Assembly (NCBI GenBank): GCA_964016885.1
Contig: OZ024745.1
Coordinates: 11,346,001-11,410,000 of the forward strand
Direction of reading: 5' to 3'
DNA from: Eledone cirrhosa
Lineage: Eukaryota
Length of the DNA: 64,000 bases
The translations under genes and the position numbers were made by a program. Below, piece after piece: positions 40,826 to 55,300 of the stretch (the stretch's first letter is position 1; each line of letters opens with the position of its first letter). A model generated the notes under the pieces. It was not told the origin of the DNA and did not search any database. It saw nothing but the letters and a program-made list of their open reading frames with translations.

Positions 40826-43800
40826 ATGACCTCACTCAGAATAGGCAGCATAAATGCGCGTGGCTTGGGGTCGTCATGGAAGCAGGGCCACCTGCTCAAC
40901 GACCTCAGGTCACTAAACATAGATGTAGTGGCCATCAGCGAGACCAGAATCTCCGAAGCACAGGCTTTCGCACCGATCTTCGGCGGCTACGATGTGTACG
41001 CATCTCCCAGCCGTCCGGGATCGGGGGGAGGAGTTGCTGTGCTTTTTCGGAGAGGTTTGGATCTTGCCATACGGGCCATCTTCCTGGACCCAGAAGGTAA
41101 GTTGGTGGTGCTGGACGTGACCAGCGGAGACGGCCAAGCTTTCAGGTTAGTGGCCGTCTATGCCCCGACAGGAGCAGGGCGGCCTGATTTCTTCCGGCGT
41201 CTGGAGACCTTTCTTGGAACGTCCCGCTCTTTAGTGTTAGTGGGCGACTGGAACGGGATCTTAGATGCACGCTGGGATTGTGTGGGATTAGTGGATAGGG
41301 AAGGAGGGTGCAAGAGTCTCACCAACCTGCTCAGACGTTTTGAACTGTCTGACAGGTACCGAATGGATTTCCCGAATGTACCAATGTAGACTTGGACAAA
41401 TCGCATAGGGTCATCCAGATCATATCTAGATAGAGTATTTTGTAGGGAAATAGATAGGTCTAGCATAGGCTGTCCACAATTCAAGATAGTCAGCTACACG
41501 GACCACAAATTCGTGATCTGTGTGCTTGACTTAGATAGGCTTCATAGACGAGGACCCGGCTACTGGAAGCTAAACGCGTCCTTACCAGCGCGCAAGGCCT
41601 ACAGAGACCGGATTAGCGAACTAGTTAAGCGGGCGTTGACGGGGGCCATCGTCAACAACAAGTGGTGGTTTGCTCTGAAAAGAGCAATTAGAATAGAGTC
41701 CATTAGGTTTAGTAAGACTTTAGCAATAGAGAAAAATAGAGCAGAGGGAGAATTAGTTAGAAAATTAGATGAGGCGCTTAGCAAAGGCATCGCGACCGAC
41801 GTACTTGCTGCGAAATTGGCCCTTGACCAATTCTTCAATGCAAAGCACGAAGGCTGCGTTGTCAGAGCTAGGGTGCGTGCTCTCAGACACGAGGGAACGA
41901 AAGCCGTTCAATGGGCCCGAGTGGCGGAGGCGCGTCGTGGCAACAAAGCCACGATCCGGTCTTTGGTGGACCACGACGGGCGCATGCTACTCGATCCCGG
42001 GCAAATGTGTGAAGCTTTTCAGCGACACTTCGCTCAACTGTTCGGGGGCAGTGGCGGGCCGGATCGAGGGATGGACTTTAGTGTCTACCTCGACGGACTG
42101 CCGCGGCTTTCGGCCACTGAGGCGGAGTGTTGCGAAAAGCCGATAACAACCGCTGAAGTACGGGATGCAATGACTAGTTGCACAAGGGGTAAATCGCCTG
42201 GTTTAGATGGTCTGCCCTATGAACTTTACGTACAATTGCCAAACTTGTTCGGAGGCCTCTTGGCGGACGTCTACTGCAACTGGCAACAGAACGGGAGAAT
42301 TCCCAGCTCTGTGAGCCGAGGAGCGGTGGCGCTGCTGAGAAAGGATCCGAATAAGGGGGATAACATAGATAATTTTAGGCCCATAACTCTGCTAAACACA
42401 GAGTTCAAGATTTTGGCCAAGGTGCTAGCAAAGAGGTTGGCGCTTGTCGTTGGTGGTCTGGTGGGAGAGGCACAGACATGCGCCATTCCCGACAGATCCA
42501 TTCACGACAACCTCCACCTCATGCGATACATCGTAGAGAGGGTAGCTAGGGAACCTGGCACGGGTGGGTCTTTGATCAATTTAGATCAGTCGAAAGCCTT
42601 CGATAGGGTCGACCATCGTTACCTAGCGGCAGTCCTGAGGGCGGCTGGCTTTGGGCCCGTCTTCAGAGGCTGGATCGCTGCCATGCACAGCGACATCTGC
42701 TCTGTAGTGAGAGTGAACGGTCACCTTTCGGAACCGTTCAACATCATGCCTCGGTCCGCCAAGGATGTCCCCTCTCGTCCCTATTGTACGTATTGACTCT
42801 CGAGCCATTACTGCACAAACTGGAGACGTTGAGGGGGATCCCGCGCGAACTAGGATGCGGAAGATCCGTGTCAGCATATGCGGACGATGTCACCGTAGTG
42901 GTGTCGAACGCCAAACACATCGAGGCGATCGGCACTACACTAAGAGAATACGAAGCGATGACAGGAGCAATGATCAACCAGGAAAAGTCAGTGGGCCTGC
43001 AGCTCGGCACCTGGAGAGGCAGGTCCATGCCGTCCAACAGCGTCGTCGGGCGCTGGACGGACGGACCGGTTAAATTGCTAGGGGTCTGGTTCGGTCCAAA
43101 CCTCCAGACGGACAAAAACTGGGACGAGGTGACGAGCAGGGTGGCTTCTCTCACCCAGAAATGGGCCGAGAGGAAGCTATCCCTGAAAGGTCGAGCGGAG
43201 GTGGTTAACGCGTACATCGCGTCCGTCATCTACTACCGCCTGACCGTCGTACCTTGTCCTAAGCCCCGCCTGACTGCGCTGGAGCGTTTGCTCTTTCGCT
43301 TTTTGTGGAAGGGACGCGCTCCGATGGTCAGGCGGTCCATCTGCTGTCAACACCCGCTACGTGGAGGGCTGGGCATGCCGTGGCTGATGATGCGCAGACA
43401 CGCGCTCAGGCTACGACATCTCCACCTCTTCCTCGACGGTGATCAGGTGTGGTTGCCGTTTGCTAGACACGTTTTTCCCCAGCTCGTCTCCTTGACGGAG
43501 CTGCAGTCCTGGGTCAAGCGAAGACCGAGAGGGAGCGCTTGGAGACTGGAATGTCTTCAGGCGCTCACAGCCCTCGACCAATCGGGCAATGTGATCGGTG
43601 GAAACTCCACCTTGGCGTTCTATAGGGGATTAGTGGAGGGGAAGAGCGACGACGTACTTGGAGAAACTCTAGGCGTCGATGAAAATCAACTAGCCAATCT
43701 CTTCGGAAGGACTTTCGGGCCGGGGCCTATGGACAACTTCCAGAAATCCCTGGCCTGGCAGTGCTACAGCGGTGCTTTGCCAGTTCGGGATAAACTTTAC

Positions 43801-44244
43801 AGGCATGGAGGTGCCGTCAGCCGGGCATGTCCGAGATGCGCACAGGGCGACGAAACCGTCCTGCACGCACTCGTCCAGTGTCCGAGCATTGCTGACTTGT
43901 GGGTTTATGTCGAACACCTGCTGTCACGTGTAGGACGGATCCAGCTATCAGCTGAGTTCATCGTGAGGATTGCCCCGCCCCCTTCCTTTAGTCGGGAAGG
44001 GCAGGCAGTTTTTATCTGTCTGGTGGCCATGGCGAAAGAGATAGTATGGTGGACACGTTTGAAAGGGCTGAATACGGGCACTTACCTCTTCGGTGAGGCC
44101 CTGATTAACTTTTTCAAATTTCATTTGAAAAGGAAAATCAGGGTAGAGAGGGAAGTGCTCTTTTCCCAGCATTTTGTTGAAAGATGGGTGAGAGAAGCAA
44201 GTATGGCCCGAATGAATGGGCCTTCTCTGAGTATGTGTCTGTAA
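40826..44244 (+). pseudogene. Tx1-like ORF2 (APE endonuclease, RT, C-terminal Zn finger), stop at 41387 and frameshift at ~42750
   Basis: SINARGL, ISET, VYAP, GDWN, SYLD, DHK, YWKLN, KSPGLDG, FRPITLLN, DQSKAFD, RQGCPLS, YADD, CPRC..HALVQC. Confidence 0.93.
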
Positions 44245-44489
44245 ATTAAAGGTGGAAAACTGGGAGAGGGCACTTGCCCTGGTGGTCAGGGCCACTGTGG
44301 TCTTTTAATGGGCTTTCTCCACAAATGTCCCTCGGAAGTCTCCCCCCTATTGGGGAATTTTTCTTTGTTATTTTATTTCAACCTCTGTTTTTTTTACACG
44401 CAGAAATGCCCATTTGTACCGTCCTGTATTGTCCTGTACTGTCCTTAATGTCTACTTTATGTAAACCCTTGTGGTTAATAAAGAAAACA

Positions 44490-44532
<43 letters not shown>

Positions 44533-44534
44533 TA

Positions 44535-44793
44535 CTCTGAGTATATATCTGTAAATTAAAGGTGGAAAACTGGGAGAGGGCACTTGCCTTGGTGGCCAGG
44601 GTCACTGTGGCCTTTCTCCACAAATGTCCCTCCGAAGTCTCCCCCCTATTGGGGAATTTTTCATTGTTATTTTTTTGTTACATCCTCTGTTTTTGTTTTT
44701 TACACGCAGAAATGCTCATTTGTACCGTCCTGTATTGTCCTGTACTGTCCTTAATGTCTACTTTATGTAAACCCTTGTGGTTAATAAAGAAAA

Positions 44794-44843
<50 letters not shown>
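44535..44843 (+). mobile_element. Second, diverged copy of the Tx1 3' UTR with its own (ATT)n tail
   Basis: Aligns to 44225-44530 with substitutions and small indels. Confidence 0.88.
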
Positions 44844-44847
<4 letters not shown>

Positions 44848-46283
44848 AATATATATATATATATATATGTGCGTGGGAATAAATCTAAAGACACATTCAA
44901 TAGACCACAGATAATCCCGTACAATGAAATAGTAGCCTACTGTATAGTAACGGTTATTTCTGTGAAGATTATATCTGAGTGGGATTAGCTGAATGATATG
45001 ATTTCGTGTTGGTAGTTTCACTGCTATTCACTCGGATTCCTCACCGGCTCCATTATTAAGATCTAATAGATTATAGTTAATATATAATTGTTAGAGCATC
45101 GGATAAGATGCTCAGCGGTTTCTCTTCTGAGTTCAAATATTTCCCCCTATCCAATCCAATCCGTATATGACCATCATGGAAAGACGAACCTAAAAACCAT
45201 CCTTATTATTGAGGTTTGGTCCTGTGGTGGATCAAACATGACTGGGTGGATATATTATAACTTAATTGTGGTTATATCTATATACACTTATATACACATA
45301 TACATACATACACACACATACACACACCTCCTGCTGTGTAGTGAAGCGACTCACACACACACACACACTCACACACACAGACACATACACAGAAACACAC
45401 AGACACATACACAGACACACCAGACACACACACACTCTCACACACACAGACACACACACATACACAGACACACCAGACACACACACACACACATACCTCC
45501 TGCTGTGTAGTGAAACGACTCACACACACACACACTCAGACACACACACATTTACACAGACACACACATACACCACCTGATTTGTAGTGAAGCGACTTTA
45601 TAGAAAGCAAATGAAACGAGGAAGAAACGGAGATGACAAATGATAGTCATGATATTACAACCAAAAGCCAATTTGAGTTGTATTAATGTACTGTGGAAAA
45701 AATATAACATTTTCGAATGAGCCTTTTTAAAAGCTGCCTTTCAATGATTTTCCCCTGAATACCCTTGTAAGTATACACATGATCGTACGTGCTTATCAAA
45801 AAGACTTGTTTGGCTCTGACGTTATGTGTATTCCTTCGATGATAGCAGTTGACCATAATCATATATTCCCTTTGAACTTTATTGTTTGCTTAGAAATCTG
45901 AATGTTTTTTTTCCTTCTGTTCAACATTGTCTATTGACTATAATATTATATATTTCACTCACTTTGGCAGTGTGCTTATTTAGTAGGATGGTACCGTTTG
46001 GTTGATTTAACGATAATGGACAAGAAAAAAATGGCGATTGTTTTATAATCGACAGATGTATTTTTTAGTTGCTGTGAATTATCGTAAAAATAATCATAGT
46101 TGCAAAAAAAGCTTATCAAAGTGCATTGCAGTCTTTCTGAAAAGGCACTGAATTTTGCAGCTCAACACCTTCATACATACATACATACATACATACATAC
46201 ATACATACATACATACATACATACATACATAACTGCATGTATACATGTACAGATACAAAACATATGCACACACAGACACACAT

Positions 46284-46314
<31 letters not shown>

Positions 46315-46340
46315 AATGTATACATGTATACACTTGTATG

Positions 46341-47067
46341 GATGCATATATATTGAGCAACATATATTTAAAACAGAGATACTTATACACATAGACATAT
46401 AGAAACACATAGAAATATACCCAAGCACTTATTTGAAACTGTAGAGATTATAAATAGAACATATGGCCACAAGTCTAAAACAACCACCACTGAAACTGTT
46501 TTCTACCTGTTCCTACTTTATTTCCCTAGTATTTTAAAGTGCCAATTGGTAAAGATTCCTCGTGATAAAGAAAGTATCAAAATATATTCTATAACAAAAT
46601 AATAATTGTTTCTACTTTTGGCACAAGGCCAGCAATTATCTCAGTGAATTACTGGTACTTTATTTTATCGACCCCGTAAGGATGAAAGGCAAAGTTAACC
46701 TCGGTGAGATTTGATCTGAGTTCAAATCCCGCCGAAGATAACTTTGCCTTTCATCCTATTATTTTTAATTGAACCTCTTTCGAATATAAGATCTCTTAAA
46801 TACCCTGGTATTTATTATAGAATATATTTTGATACTTTCTTTATCACGAGGAATCTTTACCAATTGGCACTTTAAAATACTAGGGAAATAAAGTAGGAAC
46901 AGGTAGAAAACAGTTTCAGTGGTGGTTGTTTTAGACTTGTGGCCATATGTTCTATTTATAATCTCTACAGTTTCAAAGAAGTGCTTGGGTATATTTCTAT
47001 GTGTTTCTATATGTCTGTGTGTATACGTATCTCTGTATAAATATATGTTGCTCAATATATATGCATC
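46341..47067. repeat. Inverted repeat, ~250-bp arms (46341-46594 / 46815-47067), spacer holds a rearranged SINE (46603-46715 minus, 46716-46758 plus)
   Basis: Arms are near-identical reverse complements. Confidence 0.9.
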
Positions 47068-47077
47068 TGGGAAGGTA

Positions 47078-47225
47078 GGCAGCGAATTGGCAGAGTTGGA
47101 TAGAATGCCTTGTGGTATTCCTTTCGGCTCTCTGCTCTCTGAGTTCAATCCCTCTGTGATCAACTTTGCCTTTCATCCATTCGAGGTCGATACAAAAGTA
47201 CCAGTCATGTACTGGGGTCGATTCT
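47078..47225 (+). mobile_element. tRNA-derived SINE
   Basis: TGGCAGAGTTGG, GAGTTCAATCC, GCCTTTCATCCATTCGAGGTCGATA. Confidence 0.8.
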
Positions 47226-47838
47226 GTCTCTATATCTCTTTCTCATTTCCACTCTCTCACTTTCTCTCTCCTTCTCTAGAAGTAATCTGCTGTATTCACA
47301 CCTGGAGAGAAGATGGGCTCCACCAGGTTTAAAAAATGCCCTAGAAACGCCGTGTGTCAATATGACGCCCCTATGACTCCCTCAAGAGTTAGGGGTCCTT
47401 AAATACAATATTGGTAGGTTAATTATGATGATGATGATTTCTACTTCTAGCAAAAGGCCTGTAATCCTGGCCAGGAATAAACTGCTGTTGTTGGTGCCTT
47501 TTATTGATTGAAGTGTAAATGTGTTGTCATATTTTTGTTGTTGTTGTTTACAACATTATCCATTAAAAAAAAAAATTGTTTCGTTAAGGGTGGCGGGGTG
47601 AGGGTATACTTTGGGGTTTAGGTCCTCTTCAGATCAAGCTATCTTGAATCACTAATAAACAACGTTTGTAAATATGTTAAATGTCTATGTTAAAGCTTAT
47701 TTTCCAGGTCCGTGTAATAGGGTGGACGCTCAAATGTTCTCAGATCGGTCCTATCAACTAAAAAAAAAATTCAATTTTTCATAGGAACTCTGGTTACAGG
47801 CGTAAAAACTCCTACAGCACCAATAATAATAATATTAA

Positions 47839-48050
47839 GAGCGGTGGATTGGCAGCATCGGTAGAGCGTCTGACATGTTTTATGGCATAGGGTTACGACC
47901 CTTTACGTTCTGAGTTCAAATCCCGCCGAGGTTAGCTTTGCCTTTCATCCTTACGGAGTTGATAAAATAAAGTACCAGTAACGCTTTGGGGTCGATTTAA
48001 TCGACTTTTCTCCCTTCCTCCAAAATGTTGGTCTTGTGCCTAAATCGAAT
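47839..48050 (+). mobile_element. tRNA-derived SINE
   Basis: Same family as 4457-4646. Confidence 0.85.
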
Positions 48051-48114
48051 CTAATAAAAGCAACGGAGATAAAGGTAATGGGAATACAAAAAGTAAGGAA
48101 TAAATGAAAGATAT

Positions 48115-48289
48115 TAATTGTTTCTACTTTTGGCACAAGGCCAGCAATTATTCCAGTGTATTACTGGTACTTTATTTTATCGACCCCGTAAGGATGAAAG
48201 GCAAAGTTAACCTCGGCGGGATTTGAACTCAGAATAGCAAGGGCCGTAACTCTATGCGTCAAAGCATGACGTCTGACCCTCTACCGATA
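48115..48289 (-). mobile_element. tRNA-derived SINE, tail-to-tail with the preceding copy
   Basis: Close reverse complement of 4470-4646. Confidence 0.88.
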
Positions 48290-48789
48290 ATAATAATTGA
48301 CGTAAAGGATTGTGAACGGAGGAGTTTGATATGTTAAAAATAGCAGTCAAATTATGCTCAAAATTCATTCTAATGTCTTTAAAAAAACCGCGTTGGATAA
48401 TGTGGTCCTAGGATAGTCTGAGTTTACATGTCGCCTGGGTTAGGGTTGAATTGGGGCAAATCAATGACAACAAACCGTTTATCCCTTTTGTTTCAAATCT
48501 TTATAATCCATATTATGTCTTAATACACAGCAAATCTGTAATGTCCCTTATAATCATAATTCCAGTTTGAGAATATACAGTGATTATTCCTGTATAATGT
48601 CTTATCTCCTTTGAAGTGTTATTCCTTTCATTACACCCGGCATCTGACTTTATTCAGAATTAAACAGTTGATCCATTATCTCACAATTTATGTTATATAA
48701 TCACATTGTAACGAGAAAATAAACGCTGTTTTACGTTATCTTGTTCAGTCGCCCCCTTCATTACTTTTAAATCAGTTTTGATGACCGAA

Positions 48790-48905
48790 TTTAATTTCCC
48801 CAGCGACGTTTTGTGCTATTTGTTCCGGCTTTTCTGAGTTGAAATCCTGCTGAGGTTAACCTTGTGTTTCATCCACTGGAGGTCGATAAAACAGCACCAG
48901 TCAAG
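48790..48905 (+). mobile_element. Degenerate SINE
   Basis: GAGTTGAAATCC..GAGGTTAACC..TTTCATCCACTGGAGGTCGATAAAACAGCACCAG. Confidence 0.7.
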
Positions 48906-49384
48906 TGTTTGGAACATGATTTAACAAAGTTTTTTTTAATAACAGACCGTGTCATATATTAATCAATTCAGTAATTTAGCGTCTCCCTTGCCGTCCTCCG
49001 GGGAAACGCCTTCTCTATTCTGTGCGCCGGGGCTGTGGGGAGGCCACCAATATGATTGACTGACTTGTCATTTTATCAGTCAACTGTTGCTGTCGTTAAC
49101 ATCTGTCAGGCTTTTATACACTTGAAGGAATGTAGATAATAGAGACGATAATGACGATGTTGGCGATGTTGGCGATGTTGGCGATGTTGGCGATGATTAG
49201 ATGACGGTCATGATGATAATGGTAGTGATGACAACGACGGGGACGTCGACGTAGATGATGATGATGATGATGTTGAAAATGACGACGACAACGATAATGG
49301 TGACGTTGAAAAGGAATGAAAACCAAATATTAGTACACAAGGAAGGGAGTTGATGGGGACAACGTAACATGATGGGGAGACTTG

Positions 49385-52300
49385 GTAGTAGTAGTAGTAG
49401 TAGTATTAGTAGTAGTAGTGTTGGTAGTGGTGGTAGAGGTAGTGCTAGTAGTAGTAGTGGTAGTGGTAGTAGTAGTAGTGGTGGTGGTAGTAGTGGTAGT
49501 AGTAGTGGTGGTGATGGTGGTAGTGGAAGAAGTAGTAGTAGTAGTGGTGGTGGTAGTAGTGGTAGTAGTAGTGGTAGTAGTAGTAGTAGTAGTAGTAGCA
49601 GCAACAGTAGTAGTAGTAGCAGCAACAGTAGTAGTAGCAGCAACAGTAGCAGTAGTAGCAGCAACAGTAGCAGTAGTAGCAGTGACAGTAGTAGTAGCAG
49701 CAACAGTAGTAGTAGTAGCAGTAACAGTAGTACTAGCAGCAACAGTAGTAGTAGTAGCAGTAACAGTAGTAGTAGCAGCAACAGTAGTATTATAGCAGTA
49801 ACAGTAGTAGTAGCAGTGACAGTAATAGTAGCAGCAACAGTAGTAGTAGTAGCAGTAACAGTAGTAGTAGCAGCAACAGTAGTAGTAGTAGCAGTAACAG
49901 TAGTAGTAGCAGCAACAGTAGTAGTAGTAGCAGTAACAGTAGTAGTAGCAGCAACAGTAGTAGTAGTAGCAGTAACAGTAGTAGTAGCAGCAACAGTAGT
50001 AGTAGTAGCAGTAACAGTAGTAGTAGCAGCAACAGTAGTAGTAGCAGCAACAGTAGTAGTAGCAGTAACAGTAGTAGTAGCAGCACCAGTAGTAGTGGCA
50101 GCAACAGTAGTAGTAGCAGCAACAGTAGTAGTAGCAGTGACAGTAGTAGTAGCAGCAACAGTAGTAGTAGCAGCAACAGTAGTAGGAGCAGTAACAGTAG
50201 TAGTAGCAGTAACAGTAGTAGTAGCAGCAACAGTAGTAGTAGCAGCAACAGTAGTAGTAGTAGCAGTAACAGTAGTAGTAGTAGCAGTAACAGTAGTAGT
50301 AGCAGCAACAGTAGTAGTAGCAGTAACAGTAGTAGTAGCAGTAACAGTAGTAGCAGCAGCAACAGTAGTAGTAGCAGCAACAGTAGTAGTAGCAGTAACA
50401 GTAGTAGTAGCAGCAACAGTAGTAGTAGCAGTAACAGTAGTAGCAGCAGCAACAGTAGTAGTAGCAGCAACAGTAGTAGTAGCACTAACAGTAGTAGTAG
50501 CAGCAACAGAAGTAGTAGTAGCAGTAACAGTAGTAGTAGTAGCAACAGTAGTAGTAGCAGTAACAGTAGTAGTAGCAGCAACAGTAGTAGTAGCAGTGAC
50601 AGTAGTAGTAGTAGCAACAGTAGTAGTAGCAGTAACAGTAGTAGTAGTAGTAACAGTAGTAGTAGCAGTAACAGTAGTAGTAGCAGTAACAGTAGTAGTA
50701 GCAGCAACAGTAGTAGTAGCAGTAACAGTAGTAGTAGTAGCAGTGACAGTAGTAGTAGTAGCAGTAACAGTAGTAGTAGCAGTAACAGTAGTAGTAGCAG
50801 CAACAGTAGTAGTAGTAGCAACAGTAGTAGTAGCAGCAACAGTAGTAGTAGCAGCAACAGTAGTAGTAGCAGTGACAGTAGTAGTAGCAGCAACAGTATT
50901 AGTAGCAGCAACAGTAGTAGTAGTAGCAGTAACAGTAGTAGTAGTAGCAGCAACAGTAGTAGTAGTAGCAGTAACAGTAGTAGTAGCAGTAACAGTAGTA
51001 GTAGCAGTAACAGTAGTAGTAGCAGTAACAGTAGTAGTAGTAGCAGTGACAGTAGTAGTAGCGGCAACAGTAGTAGTAGTAGTAACAGTAGTAGTAGCAG
51101 CAACAGTAGTAGTAGCAGTAACAGTAGTAGTAGTAGCAGCAACAGTAGTAGTAGCGGCAACAGTAGTAGTAGTAGTAACAGTAGTAGTAGCAGCAACAGT
51201 AGTAGTAGCAGCAACAGTAGTAGTAGCAGCAACAGTAGTAGTAGCGGCAACAGTAGTAGTAGCAGCAACAGTAGTAGTAGCAGCAACAGTAGTAGTAGCA
51301 GCAACAGTAGTAGTAGCAGTAACAGTAGTAGTAGCAGTGACAGTAGTAGTAGCAGTAACAGTAGTAGTAGTAGCAACAGTAGTAGTAGCAGTAACAGTAG
51401 TAGTAGCAGCAACAGTAGTAGTAGCAGCAACAGTAGTAGTAGCAGCAACAGTAGTAGTAGCAGTGACAGTAGTAGTAGCAGCAACAGTAGTAGTAGTAGC
51501 AGCAACAGTAGTAGTAGCAGTAACAGTAGTAGTAGTAGCAGTGACAGTAGTAGTAGCGGCAACAGTAGTAGTAGTAGTAACAGTAGTAGTAGCAGCAACA
51601 GTAGTAGTAGCAGTAACAGTAGTAGTAGTAGCAGCAACAGTAGTAGTAGCGGCAACAGTAGTAGTAGTAGTAACAGTAGTAGTAGCAGCAACAGTAGTAG
51701 TAGCAGCAACAGTAGTAGTAGCAGCAACAGTAGTAGTAGCGGCAACAGTAGTAGTAGCAGCAACAGTAGTAGTAGCAGCAACAGTAGTAGTAGCAGCAAC
51801 AGTAGTAGTAGCAGCAACAGTAGTAGTAGCAGTAACAGTAGTAGTAGCAGTGACAGTAGTAGTAGCAGTAACAGTAGTAGTAGTAGCAACAGTAGTAGTA
51901 GCAGTAACAGTAGTAGTAGCAGCAACAGTAGTAGTAGCAGCAACAGTAGTAGTAGCAGCAACAGTAGTAGTAGCAGTGACAGTAGTAGTAGCAGCAACAG
52001 TAGTAGTAGTAGCAGCAACAGTAGTAGTAGCGGCAACAGTAGTAGTAGCAGCAACAGTAGTAGTAGCAGCAACAGTAGTAGTAGCACTAACAGTAGTAGT
52101 AGCAGCAACAGTAGTAGTAGTAGTAACAGTAGTAGTAGCAGCAACAGTAGTAGTAGTAGTAACAGTAGTAGTAGCAGCAACAGTAGTAGTAGCAGTAACA
52201 GTAGTAGTAGCAGCAACAGTAGTAGTAGTAGCAGTGACAGTAGTAGTAGCAGCAACAGTAGTAGTAGTAGCAGTAACAGTAGTAGTAGCAGCAACAGTAG

Positions 52301-55300
52301 TAGTAGTAGTAGTAACAGTAGTAGTAGCAGCAACAGTAGTAGTAGCAGCAACAGTAGTAGTAGCAGCAACAGTAGTAGTAGCGGCAACAGTAGTAGTAGC
52401 AGCAACAGTAGTAGTAGCAGCAACAGTAGTAGTAGCAGCAACAGTAGTAGTAGCAGTAACAGTAGTAGTAGCAGTGACAGTAGTAGTAGCAGTAACAGTA
52501 GTAGTAGTAGCAACAGTAGTAGTAGCAGTAACAGTAGTAGTAGCAGCAACAGTAGTAGTAGCAGCAACAGTAGTAGTAGCAGCAACAGTAGTAGTAGCAG
52601 TGACAGTAGTAGTAGCAGCAACAGTAGTAGTAGTAGCAGCAACAGTAGTAGTACCGGCAACAGTAGTAGTAGCAGCAACAGTAGTAGTAGCAGCAACAGT
52701 AGTAGTAGTAGCAGTAACAGTAGTAGTAGCGGCAACAGTAGTAGTAGCAGCAACAGTAGTAGTAGCAGCAACAGTAGTAGTAGTAGCACTAACAGTAGTA
52801 GTAGCAGCAACAGTAGTAGTAGCAGCAACAGTAGTAGTAGTAGCAGCAACAGTAGTAGTAGCGGCAACAGTAGTAGTAGCAGCAACAGTAGTAGTAGCAG
52901 CAACAGTAGTAGTAGTAGCACTAACAGTAGTAGTAGCAGCAACAGTAGTAGTAGTAGTAACAGTAGTAGTAGCAGCAACAGTAGTAGTAGTAGTAACAGT
53001 AGTAGTAGCAGCAACAGTAGTAGTAGCAGTAACAGTAGTAGTAGCAGCAACAGTAGTAGTAGTAGCAGTGACAGTAGTAGTAGCAGCAACAGTAGTAGTA
53101 GTAGCAGTAACAGTAGTAGTAGTAGCAACATTAGTAGTAGTAGTAGCAACAGTAGTAGTAGCAGCAACAGTAGTAGTAGCAGTAACAGTAGTAGTAGCAG
53201 TAACAGTAGTAGTAGCAGCAACAGTAGTAGTAGCAGTAACAGTAGTAGTAGTAGCAGCAACAGTAGTAGTAGCGGCAACAATAGTAGTAGTAGTAACAGT
53301 AGTAGTAGCAGCAACAGTAGTAGTAGTAGCAGCAACAGTAGTAGTAGCAGTAACAGTAGTAGCAGCAGCAACAGTAGTAGTAGCAGCAACAGTAGTAGTA
53401 GCAGCAACAGTAGTAGTAGCACTAACAGTAGTAGTAGTAGCAACAGTAGTAGTAGCAGCAACAGTAGTAGTAGTAGCAGCAACAGTAGTAGTAGCAGCAA
53501 CAGTAGTAGTAGCAGTAACAGTAGTAGTAGCGGCAACAGTAGTAGTAGTAGCAGTGACAGTAGTTGTAGCAGCAACAGTAGTAGTAGTAGCAGCAACAGT
53601 AGTAGTAGCAGCAACAGTAGTAGTAGCAGCAACAGTAGTAGTAGCAGTGACAGTAGTAGTAGTAGCAGCAACAGTAGTAGTAGCAGCAACAGTAGTAGTA
53701 GCAGCAACAGTAGTAGTAGCAGTAACAGTAGTAGTAGCAGTAACAGTAGTAGTAGCAGTAACAGTAGTAGTAGCAGCAACAGTAGTAGTAGCACTAACAG
53801 TAGTAGTAGCAGCAACAGTAGTAGTAGTAGTAACAGTAGTAGTAGCACTAACAGTAGTAGTAGCAGCAACAGTAGTAGTAGCAGTAACAGTAGTAGTAGC
53901 ACTAACAGTAGTAGTAGCAGCAACAGTAGTAGTAGTAGCAGTGACAGTAGTAGTAGCAGCAACAGTAGTAGTAGTAGCAGCAACAGTAGTAGTAGCAGCA
54001 ACAGTAGTAGTAGTAGTAACAGTAGTAGTAGCAGCAACAGTAGTAGTAGTAGCAGTAACAGTAGTAGTAGTAGCAGCAACAGTAGTAGTAGCACTAACAG
54101 TAGTAGTAGCAGCAACAGTAGTAGTAGTAGTAACAGTAGTAGTAGCAGCAACAGTACTAGTAGTAGCAGTAACAGTAGTAGTAGTAGCAGCAACAGTAGT
54201 AGTAGCACTAACAGTAGTAGTAGCAGCAACAGTAGTAGTAGTAGTAACAGTAGTAGTAGCAGCAACAGTAGTAGTAGTAGCAGTGACAGTAGTAGTAGCA
54301 GCAACAGTAGTAGTAGTAGCAGTAACAGTAGTAGTAGCAGCAACAGTAGTAGTAGTAGCAGCTACAGTAGTAGTAGTAGTAACAGTAGTAGTAGCAGCAA
54401 CAGTAGTAGTAGTAGCAGCAACAGTAGTAGTAGCAGTAACAGTACTAGTAGTAGCAGTAACAGTAGTAGTAGCAGTAACAGTAGTAGTAGTAGCAGCAAC
54501 AGTAGTATTAGTAGCAGTAACAGTAGTAGTAGCAGCAACAGTAGTAGTAGCAGCAACAGTAGTAGTAGCAGTAACAGTAGTAGTAGCAGTAACAGTAGTA
54601 GTAGCAGTAACAGTAGTAGTAGCAGCAACAGTAGTAGTAGCAGCAACAGTAGTAGTAGCAGCAACAGTAGTAGTAGTAGCAACAGTAGTAGTAGCAGCAA
54701 CAGTAGTAGTAGTAGCAGCAACAGTAGTAGTAGCAGCAACAGTAGTAGTAGCAGCAACAGTAGTAGTAGCAGCAACAGTAGTAGTAGTAGCAACAGTAGT
54801 AGTAGTAGCAACAGTAGTAGTAGCAGCAACAGTAGTAGTAGTAGCAGCAACAGTAGTAGTAGCAGCAACAGTAGTAGTAGCAGCAACAGTAGTAGTAGCA
54901 GTAGCAGTAGTAGTAGCAGCAACAGTAGTAGTAGCAGCAACAGTAGTAGTAGCAGCAACAGTAGTAGTAGCAGTAACAGTAGTAGTAGCAGTAACAGTAG
55001 TAGTAGCAGTAACAGTAGTAGTAGCAGCAACAGTAGTAGTAGCAGCAACAGTAGTAGGAGCAGTAACAGTAGTAGTAGCAGCAACAGTAGTAGTAGCAGT
55101 AACAGTAGTAGTAGTAGCAGCAACAGTAGTAGTAGCAGTGACAGTAGTAGTAGTAGCAACAGTAGTAGTAGCAGCAACAGTAGTAGTAGTAGTAGCAACA
55201 GTAGTAGTAGCAGTAACAGTAGTAGTAGCAGCAACAGTAGTAGTAGTAGTAGCAACAGTAGTAGTAGCAGTAACAGTAGTAGTAGCAGCAACAGTAGTAG

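Larger units (their letters stand above)
38602..44490 (+). mobile_element. Apparently full-length Tx1/L1-clade non-LTR retrotransposon in (ATT)n
   Basis: ORF1 + ORF2, AATAAA near 3' end, (ATT)n on both sides. Confidence 0.92.

Noticed and set aside
44930-45060. Additional hammerhead candidates here and at ~3040-3100, ~5280-5340 and ~38100-38125
   Set aside because: Hairpins and GAAA present, but no complete core with matching stems
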